Shown piece by piece: positions 38,747 to 47,131 of a DNA stretch of 64,000 bases (the stretch's first letter is position 1; each line of letters starts with the position of its first letter). The position numbers and the translations under genes are program-made. The stretch is from a bacterium (GTDB taxonomy: Bacteria > Elusimicrobiota > Elusimicrobia > UBA1565 > UBA9628): contig JAKAQO010000003.1 of the NCBI GenBank assembly GCA_021822495.1, forward strand, positions 83,227 to 147,226. Direction: 5' to 3'. Under the pieces are notes generated by a model. The model was not told where the DNA came from. It ran no database searches and was given only the letters and a program-made list of their open reading frames with translations.

Positions 38747-40962
38747 TCATTCAGCGGAGTCGGCGGCATAAACGCGCGCTCAACTGCGCTCACCGCACGC
38801 AAGGACGCGGCGCTTAGAAGTCCCTGATTAAAAAGATAACGTTTGGTCGGGTTTGATGAATCCGTTTTTTTCTTATCTACATGGAAAAAAAGGTCCGCCG
38901 CCACCCCGTTTTGAGGCGCAAGCCTTAAAAGAATACGCATCACCCCTCCGTAACCCGAATACGACTCAAACCAATGAGAACTCCCGTCCAAGACATTGAG
39001 AAATTCCTTGGATTGCTGCTGCGGAGAAAGGCTTCTGATTTCTTTTAAATCAGAAATTAAAAGATGAACCTGATGAGCAAGTCCCCTAGCCCAGGACAAG
39101 ACCATCTCCAATCTTTTCCGAGTCGGATCGAATAAATTGAGTTCATCAAGGTGCCGGGCAAACGCGCGTTTAAAATGGAGCGCCCCGTCTTCTGAAATCC
39201 GCGAATATTTAAGAGCATAGTCAAAAACCGCCCGGTCGCTCCCGGACAGAGACAATTGAAACGCGCGAAAAACCGCGGATGCCGAGGCGGACACAATTTG
39301 ATGAATCGCCTGCGAAGTCAATATAACGCTTAACTCCACATATCCCTTATGTTCGGAACCCTGGGTTAATTTTTCAAGTTCTTCAGGAATTTTTGTTTCC
39401 GTCCCGACTTTCTCCCCAAGAGAGCCGATTGAGCCCATCAAGGAATTAATGCGGGACAGTTCCTGGTGGATGTCTCCAAGCCTCAAAATACCGGTTTCCC
39501 GGTTATAGACAACCAGCTGTTCGGCTTTTGTTTTCGTGCGAGCGTTGGGTTTAAGAAGAATCATGGACTGCACGCTTTGACTTCGATTATGCCGAAGAGA
39601 CGAACCCATAATTGGCGGCTTAAAAAATCCCCAGTTTGATTGTCTCTGGGACTTATAAGAATAAAACTCAAATCCTTTCGGCGCGACAATCACGTAATGA
39701 TCCGCGTTGTGAGCGACGGAACCGCTGTAATTGAAAAGAAACGGAATGGAAAAATTGAGAGTTTTAAGACTGTCTTTATAACTGTCCAACCCCGACAAGG
39801 ATTCCGGCACGCGCAGATTCTGAGTATGTTTTTGCCTTAAAGCCTGAAGCGTCTTCTGAACGTCTTTGTCTTCCGCACCATTTTTCCATGTCGTCATTAA
39901 ATCCTTCATTGCGGCCAAAACGCCCAAATCTCCCTTTAACAATTTCGCCAAATTTCGCATTTCTTCTTGATTGTCGGGGTCCAAGCGGTATTCCAGGAAG
40001 ATTTGTCGGCCGCGCTGGCCTGACATTAAAACCGCAATCTGAGCCGCAAGATAATCATCCACCTCCCGGGTCAACAGTTTTAAGACGGGGTTAGAAATAA
40101 TATTGGGAAGCATTCCTGAAAGCAGAGACTCAATTCCTGGAGTTCCTATATCAGTCGCCGGAATGGGGCCGATGACGGCTCCGCCAGAAGCGTTGACCGC
40201 GCTAAACTGGTCGAAGTGAATTTTAAGACGCAAATCATGCTGGCCTTTTCTAAAAAGAGTCACGGTTGGATCGGCAGTTTTAGAAAGTCCAATCGCGAAA
40301 TACGTCGAAAAAGGGGCGACAGCCAGGGGAGTCGTCACGACCTGGGCCGCATCCAAGGGTTCAAAAGAGATTTGATAGACGAGGGGAATTTCCCATAATT
40401 CCCCTACTTCCATTTTTGAAATTCTCCGGGCGTTCAAGGGAAGAACTGTTTTAAAATCCAAGACATTGAGCAGCCGCTTCATTTGACTGCAGGAGTTGGC
40501 CGTATGAAGAGGCCTTGTGACAATCGTTTGCCCGTCAACCGAAACTCCTCCATAAACCCCCAGGGCCCTTTGAGTCGCGCCCGCAATTTTTTTAAGAACG
40601 GTTTGGGCATATCCAGTCTGGAATTTAACTTCAAGAGTGTCGTTTAAGGCCAGGCTTCCATCTGGATAGCGAAGGAACTGTCTTGTCCCTGAGAAAGTTC
40701 CGCCCACAAGCGCGCTTCCCCGGCCCATCTGGGCGAAAAAATCCTGACTCAACGGAACAATTAGTGGAAGGCGGTCGCACCATTGATCCATTCCCTGATT
40801 CTGGAATTGATTGCCGAAAGTAATCCGGTCGACCGTCGCCGGATTATACTTTGAATAGCCTCCTGCGGGATCGGCAGGAACCCAGCCGGAAGCGGAAGAG
40901 TCCGCATAAACAGAAGGAGAAATGAGCATTCCCCCCCAAAAAAGCCAGATTAATAATTTCAT
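38743..40962 (-). CDS. Large hypothetical exported protein of 739 aa.
   Basis: Signal peptide (PSVYA/DS). No recognisable motifs. ATGA overlap with the upstream kinase-like gene. Confidence 0.5.
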   Translation of the reverse strand: MKLLIWLFWGGMLISPSVYADSSASGWVPADPAGGYSKYNPATVDRITFGNQFQNQGMDQWCDRLPLIVPLSQDFFAQMGRGSALVGGTFSGTRQFLRYPDGSLALNDTLEVKFQTGYAQTVLKKIAGATQRALGVYGGVSVDGQTIVTRPLHTANSCSQMKRLLNVLDFKTVLPLNARRISKMEVGELWEIPLVYQISFEPLDAAQVVTTPLAVAPFSTYFAIGLSKTADPTVTLFRKGQHDLRLKIHFDQFSAVNASGGAVIGPIPATDIGTPGIESLLSGMLPNIISNPVLKLLTREVDDYLAAQIAVLMSGQRGRQIFLEYRLDPDNQEEMRNLAKLLKGDLGVLAAMKDLMTTWKNGAEDKDVQKTLQALRQKHTQNLRVPESLSGLDSYKDSLKTLNFSIPFLFNYSGSVAHNADHYVIVAPKGFEFYSYKSQRQSNWGFFKPPIMGSSLRHNRSQSVQSMILLKPNARTKTKAEQLVVYNRETGILRLGDIHQELSRINSLMGSIGSLGEKVGTETKIPEELEKLTQGSEHKGYVELSVILTSQAIHQIVSASASAVFRAFQLSLSGSDRAVFDYALKYSRISEDGALHFKRAFARHLDELNLFDPTRKRLEMVLSWARGLAHQVHLLISDLKEIRSLSPQQQSKEFLNVLDGSSHWFESYSGYGGVMRILLRLAPQNGVAADLFFHVDKKKTDSSNPTKRYLFNQGLLSAASLRAVSAVERAFMPPTPLND

Positions 40963-42026
40963 TTGGATAAGAATAAGGAAATTTTATTATCTTCCTCACG
41001 GCGCGCCAAGGCTAATTGATATTTTGCGCCTGCGGCATTGAGAAGCTTGTTGCAATCTTGAATTAAGTCCTCAATATCAACAAATGGACTGGCAAAAAGA
41101 CTTCTTGCCGCTAAAAGCCCGGCGTCAATGATATAGGCCTGCGGTTCGGGGTTTGAGGCCGTATATCCCACCATGACATTGCTGGGAGTCAAATCCATAA
41201 TTGAAAAATGACTGTTCAAAAATTGATTCAACATTTCACGCAAGAGCTTTAAGTCTTGAATCCCAAATTCTTTCTGCCTGATTTTCGCTTCCAGAGTCTC
41301 TCCATGGACTCGCTCGGAGACGATGTAGGGAATTCCCTGAATCAGTCTGGTATCCACGGGATGAGGCGCAAGCCCCAATTTGGACAATTTTTCAAGGTTT
41401 TGAAACTCTGGGTGTTCGTAAAACGCGACATTCCCATAAATTCTGCTGCCGTGGATGATTTTAACCACCCAATCCGAGTTATTCGGGTGTTCAAAAACCC
41501 GTCCAAACGAACCTTCTCCCATCAGACGCGCTTTTTTTCCGGAAAGCCACAGGGCTCCCTCGGAATCATATTTCCAAGTCTGCGCCTGTCCGTCAAATAA
41601 AGCGTTTCCATTAACTTTTGGACTATCCGCGATTTGGGATTTAGAAGAGGGAGTATCCTGAAGATTCAGCAAAGAATGGTCCGCGGAAACAACATACGGA
41701 AGAGAAACTCCTGAGATACGGGCGGATTGAGTCTGGCGTTTTGGGGAACTAACTTTTGCGGCTTTCTGGGTAAAGGCCTCGCTTGGAAAATGAATTTCCG
41801 GCCTCAAAACCTGGTTTTGAAAATCAGGATTTTTTTCTAAGTCCTGATCCAAAAACTGAGAGGTCGTCGGCGCAACTTCGGGGGAAGGAAGATTAAAATT
41901 AAAAGAAGGGGATTCCGATGGAATGCGCTCGGATGACTCAATAGCCCACAGCGAACGGCCCATTCCCAAAGCGGCCGCCAGCGCCCAGAAGCCTAAATTA
42001 CGGATTAATTTCCGCAAAAATATCAC
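40959..42026 (-). CDS. Exported protein with an atypical protein-kinase-like domain.
   Basis: Signal peptide. Gly loop LMGEGSFGRVF. Lys WVVKII. Catalytic-loop analogue HFSIMDLTPSNVMV. DAG in place of DFG (YIIDAGL). Confidence 0.5.
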   Translation of the reverse strand: MIFLRKLIRNLGFWALAAALGMGRSLWAIESSERIPSESPSFNFNLPSPEVAPTTSQFLDQDLEKNPDFQNQVLRPEIHFPSEAFTQKAAKVSSPKRQTQSARISGVSLPYVVSADHSLLNLQDTPSSKSQIADSPKVNGNALFDGQAQTWKYDSEGALWLSGKKARLMGEGSFGRVFEHPNNSDWVVKIIHGSRIYGNVAFYEHPEFQNLEKLSKLGLAPHPVDTRLIQGIPYIVSERVHGETLEAKIRQKEFGIQDLKLLREMLNQFLNSHFSIMDLTPSNVMVGYTASNPEPQAYIIDAGLLAARSLFASPFVDIEDLIQDCNKLLNAAGAKYQLALARREEDNKISLFLSK

Positions 42027-42126
42027 AATTAAATTATAAAGGAAATTACTTTTTTAGGCTTGGGCCTAAAGGCCCATGAAGGCCTCGGCAAAGGGCCTAC
42101 CTCTTCTATTTGAAATCGGCGCCCCC

Positions 42127-42156
42127 TTAGACAGGCCTTTCATAAATGAGTAGAAT
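42127..42156 (+). promoter_or_regulatory. Candidate sigma70-type promoter for tRNA-Leu (TTAGAC-18nt-TAGAAT).
   Basis: -35 at 42127–42132 and -10 at 42151–42156. The tRNA starts 11 nt downstream. Confidence 0.4.
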
Positions 42157-42166
42157 AGTCTATAAC

Positions 42167-42251
42167 GCCGGCGTGGCGGAACTGGCAGACGCAAGCGACT
42201 CAAAATCGCTCGGCGCTTCGCGCCGTGTGGGTTCGACTCCCTCCGCCGGCA
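42167..42251 (+). tRNA. tRNA-Leu(CAA), class II with a long variable arm. CCA is not encoded.
   Basis: Manual fold. Acceptor gccggcg/cgccggc. 3-bp D-stem. Anticodon stem agcga/tcgct with loop cTCAAaa. Variable hairpin ggcgc-ttcg-gcgcc. T-loop ttcgact. Discriminator A. The architecture parallels E. coli tRNA-Leu. Confidence 0.8.
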
Positions 42252-42278
42252 ATTTTTTAAACGAAGAGTCGAAGCCGA

Positions 42279-42310
42279 CATCCGGAAGCCAAGGGTTTGG
42301 CTTCCGGATG
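42279..42310. other. Perfect 12-bp inverted repeat (catccggaagcc / ggcttccggatg) with an 8-nt loop, between tRNA-Leu and alaS.
   Basis: Read directly from the sequence. No U-tract follows it (...cggcgggcc). Confidence 0.6.
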
Positions 42311-42358
42311 CGGCGGGCCTCGAAGGAGAACAAAGCGTAGCGAAGTTCGGGCAAGAGG

Positions 42359-42376
42359 GACTCCCTCCGCCGGCAA
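42359..42376 (+). repeat. 18-nt direct repeat of the tRNA-Leu 3' end (gactccctccgccggcaa). The first copy is 42235–42252, inside the tRNA.
   Basis: Exact match read from the sequence. It is followed by aatt in the first copy and attt in the second. Confidence 0.7.
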
Positions 42377-42392
42377 ATTTCTAATCATATCA

Positions 42393-45032
42393 ATGAATCA
42401 AAGTTCTATTCTCCGCCAAGAATTTCTGTCTTTTTTTAAAAATCTTAATCACCGCATCACACCCTCTTCCCCCCTCATTCCTCCAGGCGACAAGAGTTTG
42501 ATGTTTACTTCCGCCGGAATGGTGCCGTTTAAACCTTATTTTTTAGGGCTTGCATCAGGTCTATCAAGAGCGGCCAGCTGTCAAAAGTGTTTTCGCACAA
42601 CCGACATCGGAAATGTCGGGCTAACCGTCAGGCACTTGACGTTTTTTGAAATGCTGGGAAATTTTTCCTTCGGAGATTATTTCAAAGAAGACGCCATTCA
42701 TTGGGCCTGGGAATTTCTGACCCAAAAGGCGAGTTTTGATCCTCAACGTCTATACCCCACTATTTTTAAAGATGATCCAGAAGCCGAAAAAATTTGGAAG
42801 TCCCTCAATGTTCCGAACTCGCCCATTGGTCTGGGCGAAGACACCAATTTCTGGACCATGGGCCCGACCGGACCTTGCGGCCCGTGCTCTGAAATCTATT
42901 TCGACCGGGGTCCGCAATTTTCCTGCGGAAAACCCGGCTGTTCGGTGGGATGCGACTGCGACCGCTATCTTGAGGTCTGGAACTTGGTTTTTACGCAATT
43001 TGACCGCCAGGAAGACGGAAGCCTAAAGCCGCTTCCGAGAAAAAATATTGATACCGGCATGGGTCTTGAGCGCCTCGTTTTCTCTTCTCAGGGAAAACTT
43101 TCGCCCTTCGACACCGATTTATTTCTCCCTATCATTGAAAAAGCGTCTTCGCTCTTCAACAGAGATTTTCGCGAGTCCGCAAAAACGGAAACCTCCTTTC
43201 GCGTCATTGCTGATCATCTGAGGGGATCTGTCTTTTTACTCAGCGAAGGAATTATTCCCTCCAACATCGAACGCGGATATGTCCTCAGACGACTCATTCG
43301 CCGGGCAGCCAGATACGGAAAAATGTTGGGCGCGAGCGCTCCGTTTCTCCACAAGCTCGTCGAGTCTTCTTTAAGCATCTTTAGCGGCGTTTATCCTGAA
43401 ATAGAGAAATCCAAAGATTTAATTCAAATGACGCTCAAATCGGAGGAGGAGAAGTTTTTAGAAACCTTAAGCGTGGGCGAAGCGACCTTGGCAGGGCTTC
43501 TTTCCAAACAAAACGGAAAAACTTTGAACGGAAAAGAAGCTTTTAGACTTTATGAAACCTTCGGATTCCCCTTGGAACTCACCAAGGAAATTTGCGCGGA
43601 AAAGGGATTTCAAGTAAACGAAGCGGAATTTCAAGACGCCTTTGAGCAATCGGTCGAAATCGCGCGCTCATCCTGGAAAGGTTCGGGAGAAAACCATATT
43701 GAGATTCCCCACTTTAACCACCCCACCCACTTTCTGGGCTATGAGAAACTTGAGTGCGAGGCAAAAGTCGTCAATTCTGATTTTAGAAGAAATCGCGGCT
43801 TTGTCGTTCTTGATCAAACTCCTTTTTATCCGGAAGGCGGCGGCCAGATCGGAGACCGGGGAGAATTTTTAGATGACAAGGGAAATATTCTTGCAGAAGT
43901 AATCGACACCCAGAAGCAAGGTTCCACCATCGTCCACATTTTAGATTCGGCTGATATCAGCCCTTTTCAGAAAGGCCGCTCGATCATCGCCCGCGTAAAC
44001 CAAAAACGCAGGTCTCTTATCGCCCCTCATCACACAGCCACGCATCTCCTCAACGCCGCCCTGCGAATGGTTCTAGGAAGCCATGTCCGGCAGGCCGGTT
44101 CCTATGTCGGCCCGGACAAGCTACGTTTTGATTTTACCCATCCCTCGGCCTTAAGCAAGGACCAAATTGAAAAAATCGAGGCCATCGTCAATGCGGAGAT
44201 AAAAAAATCAGATCCGGTCAGCCCGAAAGAAGATTCTATTGAAAAAGTTCAAGAGTTGGGGGCGACGGTCCTTATTGGAGAAAATTACGGCGACAACCCT
44301 CGCTTTTTGCTCATCGGCCCGCAAGGCTGGAAAGCCCCTCATGATCGCTTCAGCCTCGAACTTTGCGGCGGCACCCACGTTTCCAATACTTCCGAAATCA
44401 AGACCTTTAAGATTATCAAGGAATCCTCCGCGGCCTCAGGAATCCGCCGGATAGAGGCGGTTGCGGGGAAAGCCGCCGAAATTTGGGAAAAAGAAAAAAA
44501 AGAAGAAGAGCAAACGCTCATTGAGGATTTACAATCTCGACAGAAAGCGCTTTTAGAAGAAATCGCCTCCTTGGGCGGGAAGACCCCCTCAAATATCGGC
44601 TTAAGTCATGACCTTCATATATTGCGAACTCAGGAAAAAGAGCTTCACGCCGTTTTAAACCATTTAAAAACCCAGAAAATATATTCCGAAACCAGCGCCA
44701 ACATTCAAATTATTCCTGTCAAAGGCATCCCCGTTCATCTCCAGAAACTCGATGGGGCGGAGCCCAAGATGTTGCGAGAATTCGCCGACAAAGCCAAGGC
44801 GCAAGCGAAAGCTGGAATTATCTTCGTGGCTTGCCCGGCAAATGAAAAACTTTCCTTTGTTCTGTCCTTAAATTCGGATGTCATCGCCCGAGGGCTTGAC
44901 GCTTCAAAAATAGCCAAAAGCCTCGCCTCTCATTTATCGGGATCGGCAGGAGGAAGGCCTGATTTCGCCCAAGGCGGAATCGCTTTGACAGACTGGGAAA
45001 AAGTGACGGGCGTTTTAATTTCTCTTTTGTGA
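42393..45032 (+). CDS. alaS: Alanine--tRNA ligase.
   Basis: Class II aaRS motifs (FTSAGM, editing-domain HTATHLL, C-terminal DHHA1 GGGRPDFAQGG). Start taken at MNQSSILRQEFLSFF (ATG 42393). The upstream part of the ORF from 42297 overlaps the repeat and hairpin. Confidence 0.95.
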   Translation: MNQSSILRQEFLSFFKNLNHRITPSSPLIPPGDKSLMFTSAGMVPFKPYFLGLASGLSRAASCQKCFRTTDIGNVGLTVRHLTFFEMLGNFSFGDYFKEDAIHWAWEFLTQKASFDPQRLYPTIFKDDPEAEKIWKSLNVPNSPIGLGEDTNFWTMGPTGPCGPCSEIYFDRGPQFSCGKPGCSVGCDCDRYLEVWNLVFTQFDRQEDGSLKPLPRKNIDTGMGLERLVFSSQGKLSPFDTDLFLPIIEKASSLFNRDFRESAKTETSFRVIADHLRGSVFLLSEGIIPSNIERGYVLRRLIRRAARYGKMLGASAPFLHKLVESSLSIFSGVYPEIEKSKDLIQMTLKSEEEKFLETLSVGEATLAGLLSKQNGKTLNGKEAFRLYETFGFPLELTKEICAEKGFQVNEAEFQDAFEQSVEIARSSWKGSGENHIEIPHFNHPTHFLGYEKLECEAKVVNSDFRRNRGFVVLDQTPFYPEGGGQIGDRGEFLDDKGNILAEVIDTQKQGSTIVHILDSADISPFQKGRSIIARVNQKRRSLIAPHHTATHLLNAALRMVLGSHVRQAGSYVGPDKLRFDFTHPSALSKDQIEKIEAIVNAEIKKSDPVSPKEDSIEKVQELGATVLIGENYGDNPRFLLIGPQGWKAPHDRFSLELCGGTHVSNTSEIKTFKIIKESSAASGIRRIEAVAGKAAEIWEKEKKEEEQTLIEDLQSRQKALLEEIASLGGKTPSNIGLSHDLHILRTQEKELHAVLNHLKTQKIYSETSANIQIIPVKGIPVHLQKLDGAEPKMLREFADKAKAQAKAGIIFVACPANEKLSFVLSLNSDVIARGLDASKIAKSLASHLSGSAGGRPDFAQGGIALTDWEKVTGVLISLL

Positions 45033-45709
45033 GAACCCGCTTCTATTTCTGTCTTGCTCTAAATCTCATTCTTTTATCAGCCTCCGGATGCGTCTACCGC
45101 CAACCCTATTCCCTCCCATCCCCGCAACTAGGAAAAACCTACGACTCGCCGGAATCCTTAATCAGCGGCGAAGCGTCTTCTTGGAATTTTCTATGGTTTA
45201 AACCCATTGGAGATGCCGCCGCCGCCCAAGCCCTTAAAAATGCCGAACAAAAACAAAATGTCAACGCGGACGCCATCAGTCAAGCCCAAGTTGAAAAAAC
45301 TGTTTACTGCTTTCCAATATGCAGCTGGCCGGTGATTGAATACACCAAAACGAAATTTAGGGGAGCCTTGCTCGCCAATTCTCTTATCAAGCCTTATCAC
45401 TCAAATCCCAAAATAAGAAATCCAAAAAAATTGCGTCCGGGAGAACTCCCAAGCGCCCGCACCCTTAAAAGAACTCTGGTTAGTCTCTTTGCTCAAGACC
45501 CTCATGAAGCTTTCAACTTCTATTCAAGCCTCGACACAAACACCCGAGGTCAAATAAGAGATTTAATCGTGACCGAAAATGGCACGCTGGATAAGAACCG
45601 GAATTTCTTTCTCATCCCAGCCGATACCAAACCCAAATACAAAAAATTTCTTCACTGGTTTATTTCTCGTTTTACGCCCTATATTCCAGAATATCTAAGC
45701 CGGGAATAG
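45029..45709 (+). CDS. Hypothetical lipoprotein.
   Basis: GTG start overlapping the alaS stop (GTGA). Lipobox LSASGC. Confidence 0.5.
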   Translation: MRTRFYFCLALNLILLSASGCVYRQPYSLPSPQLGKTYDSPESLISGEASSWNFLWFKPIGDAAAAQALKNAEQKQNVNADAISQAQVEKTVYCFPICSWPVIEYTKTKFRGALLANSLIKPYHSNPKIRNPKKLRPGELPSARTLKRTLVSLFAQDPHEAFNFYSSLDTNTRGQIRDLIVTENGTLDKNRNFFLIPADTKPKYKKFLHWFISRFTPYIPEYLSRE

Positions 45710-47052
45710 AATTTCACAATCGCAGAATCGCAAATGATGTCTCTGGCTTGAAGAGGCCTTAATAGGGAAATATGAGCCAAATCCCGACAACGGCTTAAAG
45801 CGACATAGGCTTGTCCCGAGGCAAAGGCGCCGTATCCCAAATCAATTTCTACCGAACTAAGCGTTTTTCCCTGCGCTTTGTGAATGGTCGTCGCCCAGGC
45901 CAAGGTCAGGGGAATTTGATGAAATTGTCCAGCGTTTTCCTTATGGAGAACTTTTTGCTCGGGATCCCACTGGTAACGAACAGATTCCCAGGTGGTCGCT
46001 TCAACCTCGGCCATTCTAGGCGTTTCATCCATAATTTCAACGACGACGCTGTCTTCCTTGAGTTCCTTGACAAGGCCCAGACTGCCGTTCACCCACTCCC
46101 GTCCGTTTTTGGTCAGCATCACCTGCGCGCCCACCTTGAGTTTAAGAAATTCAGGAGACGGCAGGCGATCCCTGAGAGAATCAAAAGCCCCTTTAAATAC
46201 TCCGGAATAAACCTTGCTTCCGCCTGTCAAGGAGGCCAGGGCCTGTTCATTGCGAAAATCCGCTGCGCGGTTGGTCGTTGTCAAGAGAACGCTGGGAGTT
46301 TGAGATTGCGTCTTTTTTTTAAAGCAATTCCGGTTGATTTCCGCCACAACTTCAGAAATATTTTCGCCCGTCCGAATTTGATTTAAAAGCCCGGCGAAAA
46401 ACCGGTCCTTTTGCCGAAACGTTTCCTCAAGCTCGAAAAATTTAATCGGCATCTCCCGAAGAATCCGGGAACTAAAAAAATAGGGGTTTGGGTAAATCTC
46501 GCTAAAAAATGAATTCAAATCGTTTCCAGAAACCACCGGCGGCAGTTGAAAGAGATCTCCCACCAAAAGGATTTGAACGCCGCCGAAAGGTTGCCCGGGA
46601 TGAGGCCCATTTTTACCGAGAAAGTTGGAGATGGCATCCATCACATCCGCCCGAACCATCGAGATTTCGTCAATAATCAAGAGCTCCAGATTCTCATAAA
46701 GGCCGCGTTTGGACACCCTGCGAATATCGGAATTTTGAAGAAGACGGGACGGAAATTTAAAAAAAGAATGAATGGTCGCTCCGCCGACATTCAGAGCGGC
46801 TATTCCAGTTGGCGCGACGATGGCGGAGCTCCATTTTTTTTGCTCGACAATCCAGCGAATCAGGGTTGACTTGCCGCTCCCCGCATGCCCGCTGACAAAG
46901 ACCACGGGAGCGCGGCCCTTGAGCGCATCAAAGATGCGAAGATAGCTTTCCGTTACAATGAGTTCGCCTAAGCCCGTGGGCATACCTCTATCTTCTACAA
47001 AACCTATAGGCCCGCCGCCTAATTTCAGAATTGTCCAATGCGAAATTACCAA
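45679..47052 (-). CDS. Pif1/RecD-family superfamily 1 DNA helicase.
   Basis: Walker A GHAGSGKST. APTGIAA. LIIDEISMV. C-terminal ...ATTIHKAQGKTL...AYVALSRCR. An alternative start at MPTGLG (~46983) is possible. Confidence 0.8.
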   Translation of the reverse strand: MVISHWTILKLGGGPIGFVEDRGMPTGLGELIVTESYLRIFDALKGRAPVVFVSGHAGSGKSTLIRWIVEQKKWSSAIVAPTGIAALNVGGATIHSFFKFPSRLLQNSDIRRVSKRGLYENLELLIIDEISMVRADVMDAISNFLGKNGPHPGQPFGGVQILLVGDLFQLPPVVSGNDLNSFFSEIYPNPYFFSSRILREMPIKFFELEETFRQKDRFFAGLLNQIRTGENISEVVAEINRNCFKKKTQSQTPSVLLTTTNRAADFRNEQALASLTGGSKVYSGVFKGAFDSLRDRLPSPEFLKLKVGAQVMLTKNGREWVNGSLGLVKELKEDSVVVEIMDETPRMAEVEATTWESVRYQWDPEQKVLHKENAGQFHQIPLTLAWATTIHKAQGKTLSSVEIDLGYGAFASGQAYVALSRCRDLAHISLLRPLQARDIICDSAIVKFYSRLRYSGI

Positions 47053-47114
47053 TGCCGTCGTTGCCTGTCGCCTATTTTCTAAACGAATATATGTTTGCGT
47101 TTAGTATTACTTTA

Positions 47115-47123
47115 TGCTAATAT
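47115..47123 (+). promoter_or_regulatory. Extended -10 element (TGcTAATAT) 8 nt upstream of the AAA-ATPase ATG, making it a candidate leaderless transcript.
   Basis: An AT-rich divergent intergenic region. No Shine-Dalgarno sequence. Confidence 0.35.
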
Positions 47124-47131
47124 GAAGACAT

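Noticed and set aside
42066-42340. Two overlapping ORFs (42066–42281 on the minus strand and 42146–42340 on the plus strand), and the ORF start at 42297.
   Set aside because: They overlap the tRNA-Leu gene and the hairpin and repeat region. The real alaS start is the ATG at 42393.
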